The translations under genes were made by a program, and so were the position numbers. A stretch of 64,000 nt of DNA, from IMG/VR virus record IMGVR_UViG_3300020442_000005, positions 209,026 through 273,025 of that record; one strand, given 5' to 3'. Position 1 is the first letter of the stretch; each line of letters starts with the position of its first letter. The notes beneath the pieces are model-generated. The model saw only the letters and a program-made list of their open reading frames with translations. It made no database searches and had not been told where the DNA came from. Shown here in pieces: positions 9,493 to 19,537 of the stretch.

Positions 9493-10475
9493 TGTCATTT
9501 AAAAATTATAGAACAGCAGAATGCGTCACACCAAAACATCCGGACAAAATTTGTGATACGATTTCTGACGCAATCTTAGACCATTGTCTTAAGTCAGATC
9601 CATATTCTCGAGTTGCCATTGAGACTGCTGGCGGCCATGGCCATATTCACATCACTGGTGAGATTACAACAAATGCCTTTTTGCCGCTTGAAGAAATTGC
9701 AACAGAGGTTTATGGAAAGCCAATCAAAGTTACGACCAATGTTGTACAACAAAGCAATGAGATCGCGCAAGGTGTTGACACAGGTGGAGCCGGAGATCAA
9801 GGGATTATGGTAGGCTATGCATGCGATCACAATCCAGAAATGATTCCAAACGAGTTGTTTCTTTCAAGACAGATCTGCAAAGAAATATTTAAAGCCTTTC
9901 CGTTTGATGGTAAAACACAGGTCACTCTAGAAAACAACAAAATCAAGACAGTTGTTGCCAGTTTTCAAAACGCTCCGAAAACAGAACTGACAAGAATCAT
10001 CAATGGTTGGCTAAGGTCTTGTAGTTTTCCAGTCGATGATAACGTTACCCTTCACTGTAACCCAGCTGGAGATTGGAAAGTCGGTGGCTTTGATGCGGAT
10101 GCCGGACTTACCGGTAGAAAGATCGTGATTGATAACTATGGCCCAGCTATCCCAGTCGGTGGAGGAGCATTCTCTGGTAAAGATCCAACAAAAGTAGATC
10201 GGTCCGCCGCATATATGGCTAGAAAAATTGCTGTAGATCACTTGCAACTTCTTCCAAAAAGAAAAGATGGAAACGAAATCTACGTTTATCTTGCTTATGC
10301 TATTGGCTATGACCAACCTGTACAAGCAACGATGATCGTTAACGGAAAAGAGAAATTAGTAACTGGATACGATTTAAGTCCGAACGGAATTATTGAGCAT
10401 CTGGATCTAAGAAAACCAAAGTACTTTGAAACTGCACGTTGGGGCCATATGGGCACTGACCAAACATGGGGATAA
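9492..10475 (+). CDS. metK: S-adenosylmethionine synthetase
   Basis: E.VT..HPDKICD.ISD, GAGDQG, GLTGRKI..D.YG, GGGAFSGKDPTKVDRS. Confidence 0.96.
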   Translation: MSFKNYRTAECVTPKHPDKICDTISDAILDHCLKSDPYSRVAIETAGGHGHIHITGEITTNAFLPLEEIATEVYGKPIKVTTNVVQQSNEIAQGVDTGGAGDQGIMVGYACDHNPEMIPNELFLSRQICKEIFKAFPFDGKTQVTLENNKIKTVVASFQNAPKTELTRIINGWLRSCSFPVDDNVTLHCNPAGDWKVGGFDADAGLTGRKIVIDNYGPAIPVGGGAFSGKDPTKVDRSAAYMARKIAVDHLQLLPKRKDGNEIYVYLAYAIGYDQPVQATMIVNGKEKLVTGYDLSPNGIIEHLDLRKPKYFETARWGHMGTDQTWG

Positions 10476-10476
10476 A

Positions 10477-10920
10477 ATGAGTTCTGAATCAACACCAAAA
10501 CCAAAAAGAAAAAGAAACTGGGCAAAGAACAGAGATATTCTGAAAGCTATACCAAACCCTTCCGGGGATGCGTATGAGATTAAAATGAAAATACCTGAGC
10601 TTACATTTGAAGGTGTTCGATCTCAGCCGGATTTTGCTAATCTGTATATCACTTTTTACCCGGGCAAAAAAGTTATTGAGCTTAAGTCATTGAAAGAATA
10701 TTTCTTTGCTTTTAGATCACAAATATATTCATATGAAAGAATCATCAATGTTATCTACGATGATATGATGGCTGTGTATGAACCAACAAGATTGCGACTG
10801 GTCATGACTTGTAATCCTCGTGGTGGGATCTCGTCTAAATTAACTGTAGATTCAGACTGGGGAGTTCGTGGTGGCAATGACCAGTTTATGGATTGGGTAG
10901 GGCAAAAAGAAGAATGGTAA
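10477..10920 (+). CDS. queF: QueF-family T-fold protein lacking the catalytic Cys
   Basis: PE.T...QPDFA, ELKSLK.Y, PRGGI motifs; CP.TG replaced by GVRS. Confidence 0.8.
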   Translation: MSSESTPKPKRKRNWAKNRDILKAIPNPSGDAYEIKMKIPELTFEGVRSQPDFANLYITFYPGKKVIELKSLKEYFFAFRSQIYSYERIINVIYDDMMAVYEPTRLRLVMTCNPRGGISSKLTVDSDWGVRGGNDQFMDWVGQKEEW

Positions 10921-13900
10921 GTTTTGATAAAAATCAGATCTATATTATTGATGGTGCAATGGGCACCGAAATACAGAAAAGACAGGTTGAATCCAAATTC
11001 TTTAAATACGAAGGAATCGACTGCGATGGCTTTAATGATATTTTGGTGCTCACCAAACCCGGCCTGATAAAAGATATACACGGTGATTACATCAACTCCG
11101 GCGCAAATATCATTGAGACAAATACCTTTAACGCTAATTATATTTCAGCGTTAGATTACGGACTTAGTGATGGAGCGATCGATAAAATAAACTTTAGCGC
11201 TGCCAAAATTGCAAAACAGGCTGCAAAAAAATCTAAAGAAGAGGTGTATGTAGCCGGTGTTTTAGGCCCGACTTCAAAAACTTTAAGCATGTCACCAAAC
11301 GTTACAGATCCTTCTTATAGAGATATCACGTACCATGAATTACTCAATGCTTATAAAGCCGCAACTGAAAATCTAATTCGTGGTGGCGCAGATTTGATTT
11401 TAATCGAAACAGTCTTTGACACACTTAATGCCAAGGCTGCGATTGAGGCTGTGAGACTGGTAGGAGAAGATATTCCTATCATGATATCAGGTACAATCGT
11501 TGACATGTCTGGTCGGACTTTATCTGGCCAGACTGTCGAGGCTTTTTGGAATTCCATTAAACACGCAAGGCCTATTAGTGTTGGTTTGAATTGTGCGCTA
11601 GGTGCAAAGCAAATGGATCCATTTCTGCGGCGTCTAGCAGACGTCAGTGGTTGCGCAATCAGCGCACATCCGAACGCGGGGTTACCAAACGAATTAGGTG
11701 AATACGACCAATCCCCGTCTGATATGGCAAACTATATTAAGAACTGGGCAAAAGCCGGGATTGTAAATATAATAGGTGGATGTTGTGGGTCGACTCCGGA
11801 TCACATCAAAAAGATAGCCAACACCGTAAAAAAGTTTAAACCCAAAAGGCACATAACCAGAAGTTTTAATTTGGACCGGTCAATGATTCTTTCTGGTTTA
11901 GAGGTCTTTGATAGCAAAGGAAAGAACTTTATTAATATTGGCGAGCGAACAAACGTCACTGGGTCTTCAAGGTTTAAAAAATGTATCGTAGAAAAAAGAT
12001 ATGATGATGCGTTGAATATTGCTCGTTCGCAGATTCTAAATGGCGCCCAGATTATCGATATCAATATGGACGATGGACTCTTAGATTCTAAGAGTGAAAT
12101 GATTAATTTTTTAAAAATGTTGGCATGCGAGCCTGATATTGCAAAAGTACCAATCATGCTTGATTCTTCGAAGTGGGATATCCTATCGGAAGCCATGAGA
12201 TGGATACAAGGGAAAGGTATTGTAAATTCAATTTCTCTTAAAGATGGAGAATCAGACTTTCTTGCCCGGGCAAAAGAAATTGTTTCGTGCGGACACGCTT
12301 TTGTGGTAATGGCTTTTGATGAAAAAGGGCAGGCTGATACTTTTGATAGAAAAATAGAGATATGTGAACGCGCTTATTGGATTTTAGTTAACGCAGGAAT
12401 AAAGCCACAAGACATTATTTTTGATCCAAATATCTTTGCAATCGCCACCGGGATAGAAGAACACGACAACTATGCAGTCGACTTTATAACTGCTACTGCA
12501 TGGATTAAAAAGAACCTGCCTGGATGCTACGTCTCCGGAGGATTATCAAACCTATCATTCTCTTTCAGGGGAAATCCTCGCGTGAGAGAGATGATGCATT
12601 CCGTCTTTTTGTTTCATGCTATCAAAGCCGGGTTGGACATGGCGATTGTAAACGCAGGTCAACTAATGGTGTACGACCAGATCGATCAAGGCCATCGGGA
12701 CATTGTTGAATCTGTTATTTTAAATAAGCATGAAGAAGCATCGGCACAGCTTTTAGAATTAGCAAAATCTCTATCTGGTAAAACCCGAGTAGAATCTAAC
12801 GGGTTCCAAGAATGGCGTAACGAAGAGGTTGAAGAAAGAATATCTTTTGCCCTTATAAACGGTATCGATAAATTTATCGTCGAAGATGTCAAGGAATGTT
12901 ACAACAAAATAGGCTCGGCATTAAACGTTGTTGAAGGACCGTTGATGGATGGTATGAACGTAGTTGGAGACCTTTTTGGCTCCGGTAAAATGTTTTTACC
13001 TCAAGTAGTCAAGTCAGCGCGTGTAATGAAAAAAGCAGTCTCGTGGCTCGAGCCTTTTATGGTTGGCACAGATGAAGCAATACAGAGGGAAAAAATACTG
13101 CTTGCCACAGTTAAAGGCGACGTTCATGACATTGGAAAAAACATTGTTAGTATAGTTCTTCAATGTAATGGATACGAGATAGTTGATCTAGGAGTCATGG
13201 TTCCATTAGAAAAGATACTAGAGGAAGCTGATAAACACCAGGTTGCAGCAATCGGTCTTAGCGGATTGATTACACCAAGTTTAGATGAGATGGTTAAAGT
13301 TGCTCGAGCAATGAATGAAAGACAAATGGATATACCTTTACTAATTGGTGGAGCAACAACATCAAAAGTTCACACGGCAATCAAAATATCTCCGGAGTAC
13401 TCAAAAACAGTATATATACAAAATGCATCGATTGCAGTCGGAATTGTTAATGACGTGTTAAGTAAGAGTGATGCATTCGATAAGATTAATAGGGATTATG
13501 AAGAAACTAGGGAGAGAAGAAACTCGAGAAAGCAAACGTTTGTAAGTGTTTCTGATGCAAGAAGAAATGCATATCAGCTAAAAGGAAAGCCACAGATTCC
13601 AGATAACTTTGGAATGACTATCAAAAGCAAAGCTTCAGTTTCAGAGATCATACCATATATTGATTGGGCACCGTTTGCAATGACTTGGGGAATGAAACCA
13701 AAAGATCTTACAAGCCAAGTCGGTAAAGATCTAATGAAGGATGCCCGAGAAATGCTTCGAAAACTTGATGATAAGATTGTAGTTAACTATTCATTTGCTA
13801 TCGATAAATGTACAAAAACAAATAATGACGATGTACTGGTGAAAAGACCGGATAAATCAACGACTTTTAATTTCATGAGGCAAGCAACAAAAAAATCTCG

Positions 13901-14429
13901 GCCGAATCTTTGTTTGACAGATTTCTTACATCAGGAAGATTGGATAGGGTCTTTTGCGGTCTGGGTGTGCGGAATCGATAAGAGAGCAGACATGCTCAGA
14001 TTAGCCAACGATGATTACGGATCGATCATGATGCAAGCGCTTGGGGATAGACTCGCCGAAGCAACGGCTGAATGGCTACACGAGAGGGTTCGTAAGTCAT
14101 GGTGGGGTTACTCAAAAGACGAAAACTTGACAAATACCGACCTTATAAAAGAGCGTTACTTAGGAATCAGGCCAGCACCCGGATATCCAGCCTGTCCGGA
14201 TCATACCCAGAAGATAAAAATATTAAACTGGTTAGAAATTAGTGATACAATAGAGCTGACCGAGGGTTTAACAATGTCGCCAAAGTCCGCAATATGTGGT
14301 TGGTACTTTGCAAGTGCAGAATCAAAATACTTCGGTGTTGGAAAAATACCAGACGAATACGTAGAAGATTTAAAAGAAAGAAATCCATATCTAAAAAAAT
14401 ACAAAAATCATATAACGGGAGTTAGTTAA
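10914..14429 (+). CDS. metH: cobalamin-dependent methionine synthase
   Basis: [40 protein letters not shown] (DxHxxG), [12 protein letters not shown] activation domain. Confidence 0.97.
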   Translation: MVSFDKNQIYIIDGAMGTEIQKRQVESKFFKYEGIDCDGFNDILVLTKPGLIKDIHGDYINSGANIIETNTFNANYISALDYGLSDGAIDKINFSAAKIAKQAAKKSKEEVYVAGVLGPTSKTLSMSPNVTDPSYRDITYHELLNAYKAATENLIRGGADLILIETVFDTLNAKAAIEAVRLVGEDIPIMISGTIVDMSGRTLSGQTVEAFWNSIKHARPISVGLNCALGAKQMDPFLRRLADVSGCAISAHPNAGLPNELGEYDQSPSDMANYIKNWAKAGIVNIIGGCCGSTPDHIKKIANTVKKFKPKRHITRSFNLDRSMILSGLEVFDSKGKNFINIGERTNVTGSSRFKKCIVEKRYDDALNIARSQILNGAQIIDINMDDGLLDSKSEMINFLKMLACEPDIAKVPIMLDSSKWDILSEAMRWIQGKGIVNSISLKDGESDFLARAKEIVSCGHAFVVMAFDEKGQADTFDRKIEICERAYWILVNAGIKPQDIIFDPNIFAIATGIEEHDNYAVDFITATAWIKKNLPGCYVSGGLSNLSFSFRGNPRVREMMHSVFLFHAIKAGLDMAIVNAGQLMVYDQIDQGHRDIVESVILNKHEEASAQLLELAKSLSGKTRVESNGFQEWRNEEVEERISFALINGIDKFIVEDVKECYNKIGSALNVVEGPLMDGMNVVGDLFGSGKMFLPQVVKSARVMKKAVSWLEPFMVGTDEAIQREKILLATVKGDVHDIGKNIVSIVLQCNGYEIVDLGVMVPLEKILEEADKHQVAAIGLSGLITPSLDEMVKVARAMNERQMDIPLLIGGATTSKVHTAIKISPEYSKTVYIQNASIAVGIVNDVLSKSDAFDKINRDYEETRERRNSRKQTFVSVSDARRNAYQLKGKPQIPDNFGMTIKSKASVSEIIPYIDWAPFAMTWGMKPKDLTSQVGKDLMKDAREMLRKLDDKIVVNYSFAIDKCTKTNNDDVLVKRPDKSTTFNFMRQATKKSRPNLCLTDFLHQEDWIGSFAVWVCGIDKRADMLRLANDDYGSIMMQALGDRLAEATAEWLHERVRKSWWGYSKDENLTNTDLIKERYLGIRPAPGYPACPDHTQKIKILNWLEISDTIELTEGLTMSPKSAICGWYFASAESKYFGVGKIPDEYVEDLKERNPYLKKYKNHITGVS

Positions 14430-14430
14430 C

Positions 14431-15759
14431 ATGGATAAATTTACAGATTACAAAGTCGCAGATACAAATCTATGGCGTTGGGGAAAAGACGAGGTAGAAT
14501 TAGCAGAACATGAAATGCCAGGCCTCATGGCACTGCGTGAAAAGTATGCAGCAGACAAACCACTTCAAGGAGCTAGAATTGCCGGGTGTTTGCATATGAC
14601 AATCCAGACCGCTGTTTTAATCGACACTCTTGTCGAGCTTGGCGCAGATGTACGTTGGATGACGTGTAATATCTATTCGACACAAGATCACGCCGCGGCA
14701 TACATTGCAGAGCAGCAAATCCCAGTGTTTGCTTGGAAGGGAATGACCGAGGATGACTATGAGGAATGTTTAGAAAAAGTCTTATGGTTCGATGAAGGCG
14801 TAGGTCCAAACATGATTCTAGATGACGGTGGTGACCTCACAGGATATATCCTGAAGAACCATCCGGATCTTTATAAGGATATTAAGGGTATCTCCGAAGA
14901 GACAACTACTGGTGTTTTAAGATTGGTAGAGTATCAAAACGATGGGGTCCTGCCGGTACCTTGCTTTAACGTTAACGATTCTGTTACTAAATCAAAGTTT
15001 GACAACAAGTACGGATGTCGTGAGTCGTGTGTTGATGCGATTCGAAGAGCGACAGACATCATGATGGCGGGAAAAGTTGCGACTGTGGCTGGCTATGGCG
15101 ACGTAGGTAAAGGTTCTGCTGCTAGTCTGTCCGCGGCTGGCTGTCGTGTTATTGTCACTGAGATCGATCCAATCTGTGCATTGCAAGCCGTAATGGACGG
15201 ATTCCAGGTTTTACCTATGGACGAAGCGGTTAAGCAATCCGACATTGTAGTTACAGCAACCGGTAATTGCGACGTGGTTAGATCAGAACATTTTTCCAAT
15301 ATGAAAGACAACGTTATCGTTTGTAACATTGGACATTTTGATAACGAGATCGATGTAGCATGGTTAAACGAGAACTTCGAATCCAAAAACGTAAAACCAC
15401 AGGTCGACGTATATTATCTTCCGTCCGGACTGACTGATAATAAACCAAATCCTCCGTACAAGAAGATCGTTCTGTTAGCACAGGGAAGACTAGTGAATCT
15501 AGGTTGCGCCACCGGGCATCCAAGCTTTGTTATGTCCTGTTCTTTTGCAAATCAGGTACTTGCACAGATCGAGTTATTTTTGAACTCTGATAATTATGAA
15601 AATAAAGTTTATGTGCTCCCAAAGATTCTTGACGAAGAGGTTGCCAGATTGCATCTCGATCACGTTGGCGCCAAACTCGATAAACTTTCAAACGTTCAGT
15701 CGAAATACATTGGCGTGAAACAAACCGGTCCATTTAAGTCTGACGAATATCGTTACTAG
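14431..15759 (+). CDS. ahcY: S-adenosylhomocysteine hydrolase
   Basis: [67 protein letters not shown]. Confidence 0.97.
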   Translation: MDKFTDYKVADTNLWRWGKDEVELAEHEMPGLMALREKYAADKPLQGARIAGCLHMTIQTAVLIDTLVELGADVRWMTCNIYSTQDHAAAYIAEQQIPVFAWKGMTEDDYEECLEKVLWFDEGVGPNMILDDGGDLTGYILKNHPDLYKDIKGISEETTTGVLRLVEYQNDGVLPVPCFNVNDSVTKSKFDNKYGCRESCVDAIRRATDIMMAGKVATVAGYGDVGKGSAASLSAAGCRVIVTEIDPICALQAVMDGFQVLPMDEAVKQSDIVVTATGNCDVVRSEHFSNMKDNVIVCNIGHFDNEIDVAWLNENFESKNVKPQVDVYYLPSGLTDNKPNPPYKKIVLLAQGRLVNLGCATGHPSFVMSCSFANQVLAQIELFLNSDNYENKVYVLPKILDEEVARLHLDHVGAKLDKLSNVQSKYIGVKQTGPFKSDEYRY

Positions 15760-15780
15760 ATTTAAAACACTGCGCCAATG

Positions 15781-15807
15781 GAAAGGAGGGTTAATCCCTC
15801 CTTTCTT
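15781..15807 (+). terminator. intrinsic terminator after ahcY
   Basis: GAAAGGAGGG-TTAAT-CCCTCCTTTC-TT hairpin. Confidence 0.8.
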
Positions 15808-15809
15808 AA

Positions 15810-15842
15810 TTTGTAAAAATGCAGATTAGCTATTATATTATA
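15810..15842 (+). promoter_or_regulatory. sigma70-like promoter
   Basis: TTGTAA-N17-TATATT, same spacing as the promoter family. Confidence 0.6.
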
Positions 15843-15868
15843 GTACACGTTACTTATAGGGAGACATT

Positions 15869-17005
15869 ATGAAAACAATAGAGGAATATGATTTTACTGA
15901 GCTGGATAATAAGTTCGAATCAAAACTGAGACCAGACACCAAGAGAAAAATCATTCGAACAATTAACATGGGCAAGTCTGTTGATTATATACCAGACTTT
16001 AATAAGCCTCCTCAAGCTCGAGCATACTATCTAGATAATTTCCTAGTGTATGTTGATCACGAGGATAGAAAAAAAATACTGAATGTATATTGGAATAAAA
16101 AGCTAATTGACACTAAGCTGCGAGATATCGAAAATTTTGAGCTCAAAAAACCTTTAAGAATTTCCGGAAGAGATAGTAGCCACATCTTTTCTAGAACCAT
16201 TGCGCGAGTAATTTCCAAGAAAGAAATATTAAATTGCCTGGCTAACGGCGCACAAGTAAAGAACTTTAGTAAAACTCAGAAACCAGACGGATCATTTTAT
16301 GTTTTCTATGACAGATACTACTTTGCTGACGATGTGTGCGTCGTAGCTTCTGAGACTAAGAACTATATAAATGTACGTACTGTTTATCGAACAACTCCAA
16401 TCGCAGATCAACATTTTCTCGATTTGCTTCCCAAGCTCATTAATGAACTGAAAATAAATGAAAGTAGCAACGTAAGGGCTTCTATCGTAAACAACTCTGC
16501 CCGAATGAAATATCTGCAGACAAAGGAATACATGGACTTGCAATTATTCTTGAGAACTATCAGTGGCAACAATCCATTTGTACAAGAAGAATCACTTGAG
16601 AAAGTAATCGATCAAAAATCTGTTTTGATGCCTAAGATTCTCCAATCCGCGGCAGCTGCCCGATTAAGATGCAAAGATATCGAATATTATGTTGCAACAA
16701 CTGAAAACAGCGAAAGTCGATCAAATATAAATGATTTTGTTCTGGAGTCCAACAAATCCTACAGTCTCCAGCTGTCATTTGATAACGTGAATGATAAAAC
16801 CATCGACAAGAATAGAGCGGTTACACTTAGAGAGTACGGTATTGACATTGATAAATATGAACACAGTTTAAATATTGAAAACAACAAAGCGATTCTTACG
16901 ATTGATTTTAGTCATTTTTCTGCTGCAGAAAATCCTTGGGCCATCAGAAAGAACAAGAAAAACCTTTCATTTGGATCTTTTGATTTAGAGGAGAGCGAGG
17001 TATGA
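15869..17005 (+). CDS. hypothetical protein
   Basis: 378 aa ORF with GGAG SD. Confidence 0.75.
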   Translation: MKTIEEYDFTELDNKFESKLRPDTKRKIIRTINMGKSVDYIPDFNKPPQARAYYLDNFLVYVDHEDRKKILNVYWNKKLIDTKLRDIENFELKKPLRISGRDSSHIFSRTIARVISKKEILNCLANGAQVKNFSKTQKPDGSFYVFYDRYYFADDVCVVASETKNYINVRTVYRTTPIADQHFLDLLPKLINELKINESSNVRASIVNNSARMKYLQTKEYMDLQLFLRTISGNNPFVQEESLEKVIDQKSVLMPKILQSAAAARLRCKDIEYYVATTENSESRSNINDFVLESNKSYSLQLSFDNVNDKTIDKNRAVTLREYGIDIDKYEHSLNIENNKAILTIDFSHFSAAENPWAIRKNKKNLSFGSFDLEESEV

Positions 17006-17463
17006 AAAGATTGTGGAACCCACCGTTGCTCAATGAATGGGCTGAGCCTTTAATACAAGAGAGATATTTCCCGGATAGATGGAAGATGCTGGTATGTTGT
17101 CTAATGTTAAATCTGACGTCACATAAACAGGTCAATCCAATCATCGATGGCTTTTTCGAAAGATGGCCCACCGCTTTGAAAGCTTCTCAGGCTGATGAGT
17201 TAGAGATGAAAGAGTATCTAAAATCCTTGGGAATGTATAACAAGCGTGCAAAAACAATTATAAAAATGTCAAAACAGTTTCTAGAAGGCTTTTCTCAGCC
17301 AAAACAATTATATGGATGCGGTAAATACGCGTCAGACTCTGATCTTATATTCTATCAGGGAAGATGGAAAGAGGTTGAACCAACCGATGGCGCGCTCAAG
17401 AGATATATACGATTTATGAAAAACTATGAAAAAAACCGTGTACAATCGATCAAAACGGCTTAA
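17002..17463 (+). CDS. MBD4-like HhH-GPD DNA glycosylase
   Basis: WK.LV.C..LN.T...FF.RWP...LG.Y..RAKTIIK.S...LYG.GKY..DS...W..V.P.D..L..Y matches the MBD4 catalytic domain. Confidence 0.85.
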   Translation: MKRLWNPPLLNEWAEPLIQERYFPDRWKMLVCCLMLNLTSHKQVNPIIDGFFERWPTALKASQADELEMKEYLKSLGMYNKRAKTIIKMSKQFLEGFSQPKQLYGCGKYASDSDLIFYQGRWKEVEPTDGALKRYIRFMKNYEKNRVQSIKTA

Positions 17464-17469
17464 ATTATA
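17437..17469 (+). promoter_or_regulatory. conserved early promoter
   Basis: CGTGTA-N18-TAAATTATA. Confidence 0.7.
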
Positions 17470-17487
17470 ATATACCAAGGGGGTAAT

Positions 17488-18072
17488 ATGAACGAAATAC
17501 AACAAGCTTTCGACAATACTGATTCTTCCTACATGGAGGCATCACTCAAACAAAGAAATCCGGGTCCTGGATCTGCGGGAAGTACGTTTTTTGAGACGAC
17601 CACGTTTGAAGATCTAAAGTTCGCAGACTGGCAACCAGCAAACGATGATGCCATTACTGCTCCAGCTGAAGGATTTACAACAAACCAGTTCGGTGGATTA
17701 CTTGGGATTACAAGGTTAGAAAACCTTCCGCAAGACATGACCGTTGTTTTGCAACCAGCTCACGGTGGCAAAGCAAAGATTAGAGGTGGTGAATATGACG
17801 GTCAAAATCCTGCCGAATGTGCAGCGATTCTCACAGACAGTCAAAGAATGGCGGTTGATTTTACTACACTAATCATTGGACCTGACAAAGTAGATCCTAC
17901 CAAGAAAGTTGTTTGGACTTTTTTCCCGGGACCGGCGACATTCAAGTTTAAGGACATTCCTTTTTCAATGTTGCAGCAGAGATTTGGAACAGAAGATAAC
18001 CAAATTAGAATTACAGTTGCGGAAGCAATTGCGGTTGGTTACAACTTCTGCAAACACGTACCAACTCTATAA
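17488..18072 (+). CDS. hypothetical protein
   Basis: 194 aa ORF after promoter, GGGGG SD. Confidence 0.75.
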   Translation: MNEIQQAFDNTDSSYMEASLKQRNPGPGSAGSTFFETTTFEDLKFADWQPANDDAITAPAEGFTTNQFGGLLGITRLENLPQDMTVVLQPAHGGKAKIRGGEYDGQNPAECAAILTDSQRMAVDFTTLIIGPDKVDPTKKVVWTFFPGPATFKFKDIPFSMLQQRFGTEDNQIRITVAEAIAVGYNFCKHVPTL

Positions 18073-18122
18073 GGTACCGGTGTCAAAACACCAAACAGTT
18101 CTTTTAAATCGCAGTAAACTTT

Positions 18123-18206
18123 GCTCGGGTGGCGGAATCGGTAGACGCACCAGACTTAAAATCTGTTGTCCGTATGGGCGTGAGGGTTCAAGTCCCTCTT
18201 CGAGCA
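18123..18206 (+). tRNA. tRNA-Leu(TAA)
   Basis: cloverleaf with long variable arm, CT-TAA-AA loop, GGTTCAAGTCC T arm; no encoded CCA. Confidence 0.93.
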
Positions 18207-18366
18207 TTACAATAGGGAATACCTGAGGGGAAGGTATTTTAAATGAGATTGACCTGAAGCTAGATATTACGCTGGGATCCACAACGAACTTTTATATGAT
18301 CGACCGCTATAATCTAGAACATCCGCCCTTTCATTTCTTTAAACAATAATTAATTAGGTTATACAA

Positions 18367-18756
18367 ATGGAATTAACAAATGGCCAGATTGAGATAGGTA
18401 TAGTGTTTTTCTATGGCTTTGTAGCAGGATTAGTTGTCAGTATTCTGTATGCTCATGAGCGTTGGAAAAACTTCAACTACGACGAGGAACGACGGTTACA
18501 ATATCAAAAAGAAACGGATGAAAGAAGAAGGATACGCCTTGAGAAATATAAAGAGATGAGAAATCCTGAATCTCAGTTACGAGTGATACATAAGCAGGAA
18601 GAATATATAAGAGAATTACTCTTAGAGCAAGCTAGACTGCACAAACAACTCAATGCATTCGCTGGATGGCCTGAATATGAACACTTCCACGAAGATCTTA
18701 TGAAAAAAATCGACAAACGATTTGAATCTTTACGAATTGAACATGATAACATTTGA
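18367..18756 (+). CDS. hypothetical membrane protein
   Basis: N-terminal TM helix followed by coiled coil. Confidence 0.65.
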   Translation: MELTNGQIEIGIVFFYGFVAGLVVSILYAHERWKNFNYDEERRLQYQKETDERRRIRLEKYKEMRNPESQLRVIHKQEEYIRELLLEQARLHKQLNAFAGWPEYEHFHEDLMKKIDKRFESLRIEHDNI

Positions 18757-18781
18757 ACAACTACAGGACTATCTGTATAAT
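18752..18781 (+). promoter_or_regulatory. sigma70-like promoter of tRNA cluster
   Basis: TTGAAC-N17-TATAAT with TG just upstream of the -10. Confidence 0.65.
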
Positions 18782-18803
18782 AACTAGGTAAACAAAACTT
18801 CAT

Positions 18804-18877
18804 GCATCCATAGCTCAGCTGGATAGAGCATCCGCCTTCTAAGCGGACGGTCGCAGGTTCGAATCCTGCTGGATGTA
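18804..18877 (+). tRNA. tRNA-Arg(TCT)
   Basis: TCCGC-CTTCTAA-GCGGA anticodon arm, canonical D and T arms. Confidence 0.95.
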
Positions 18878-18881
18878 CTTT

Positions 18882-18953
18882 TGGTCTGTAGTGTAATAGG
18901 TAACACACCAGTTTTTGGCACTGGCGTTCTAGGTTCAAGTCCTGGCAGACCAG
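18882..18953 (+). tRNA. tRNA-Gln(TTG)
   Basis: TGGTCTG/CAGACCA acceptor, CCAGT-TTTTGGC-ACTGG anticodon arm. Confidence 0.92.
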
Positions 18954-18991
18954 CTTTTATACAACTTTAAACAATAGGGTATTATTATTTA

Positions 18992-19142
18992 TGGGTCTAG
19001 TTAACCTCGAGGGTTCGAACCCCTCTATGACCAAGCAGGCAGGGAGCAATGACTAGATGTCGCCAACAGAAAGATATTCACCAGTATCTCCTTTTGGTTG
19101 ATAAGCCTTGGGATAGGAAAGTGGTGAGTCCTATCCCAAAGT
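18992..19142 (+). ncRNA. candidate structured ncRNA containing a tRNA T-arm
   Basis: own promoter-like site 18956-18988; GAGGG-TTCGAAC-CCCTC T arm enclosed by GTCTAGTTA/TGACTAGAT; perfect 11-bp hairpin 19108-19139. Confidence 0.55.
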
Positions 19143-19164
19143 TCCATCCTTAACTTCATCACAC

Positions 19165-19237
<73 letters not shown>

Positions 19238-19240
19238 TAG

Positions 19241-19313
19241 GCGGGAATAGCTCAGTTGGTAGAGCACCACGTTGCCAACGTGGAAGTCGCGAGTTCAAGT
19301 CTCGTTTCCCGCT
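19241..19313 (+). tRNA. tRNA-Gly(GCC)
   Basis: GCGGGAA acceptor, CCACG-TTGCCAA-CGTGG. Confidence 0.95.
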
Positions 19314-19318
19314 CTTTT

Positions 19319-19391
19319 GGACACTTAGCTCAGCGGTCAGAGCATCCGACTCATAATCGGCAGGTCCAGGGTTCAATCCCCTGAGTGTCCA
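19319..19391 (+). tRNA. tRNA with CAT anticodon, probably Ile2 (lysidine, reads AUA) rather than Met
   Basis: GACTCATAATC anticodon arm and GG..C.TTAGCTCAG start resemble bacterial tRNA-Ile2; lacks the initiator GGG/CCC stem. Confidence 0.85.
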
Positions 19392-19396
19392 CTTTC

Positions 19397-19480
19397 GTTC
19401 GGCTGTACGGTTGCAGATAACTAACGTGGGCAGGCAATATTTAACGTTAGAATTGCGGGGTTCAAATCCCCGCCCGAACA
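19397..19480 (+). ncRNA. non-canonical tRNA-like RNA (6+6 bp acceptor/T stack, 16-nt anticodon-position loop)
   Basis: GTTCGG/CCGAAC-A; CTGTA-CGGT-TGCAG; CTAACGT-N16-ACGTTAG; GCGGGG-TTCAAAT-CCCCGC. Confidence 0.7.
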
Positions 19481-19537
19481 TTTTTTTGACATATATATAA
19501 TATACTATATATTACATGTTAGCGTCATGGAGAAATA

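Noticed and set aside
9492-15759. Cellular (bacterial chromosome) origin of the window
   Set aside because: Metabolic genes are embedded among ORFans with the same composition and promoter family; no ribosomal or other core operons. A chimera cannot be excluded without reads.
18992-19142. tmRNA, RNase P RNA or SAM riboswitch
   Set aside because: Too short for tmRNA and no Ala acceptor identity; no GAGGAAAGUCC/P4 signature; no SAM-I core seen.
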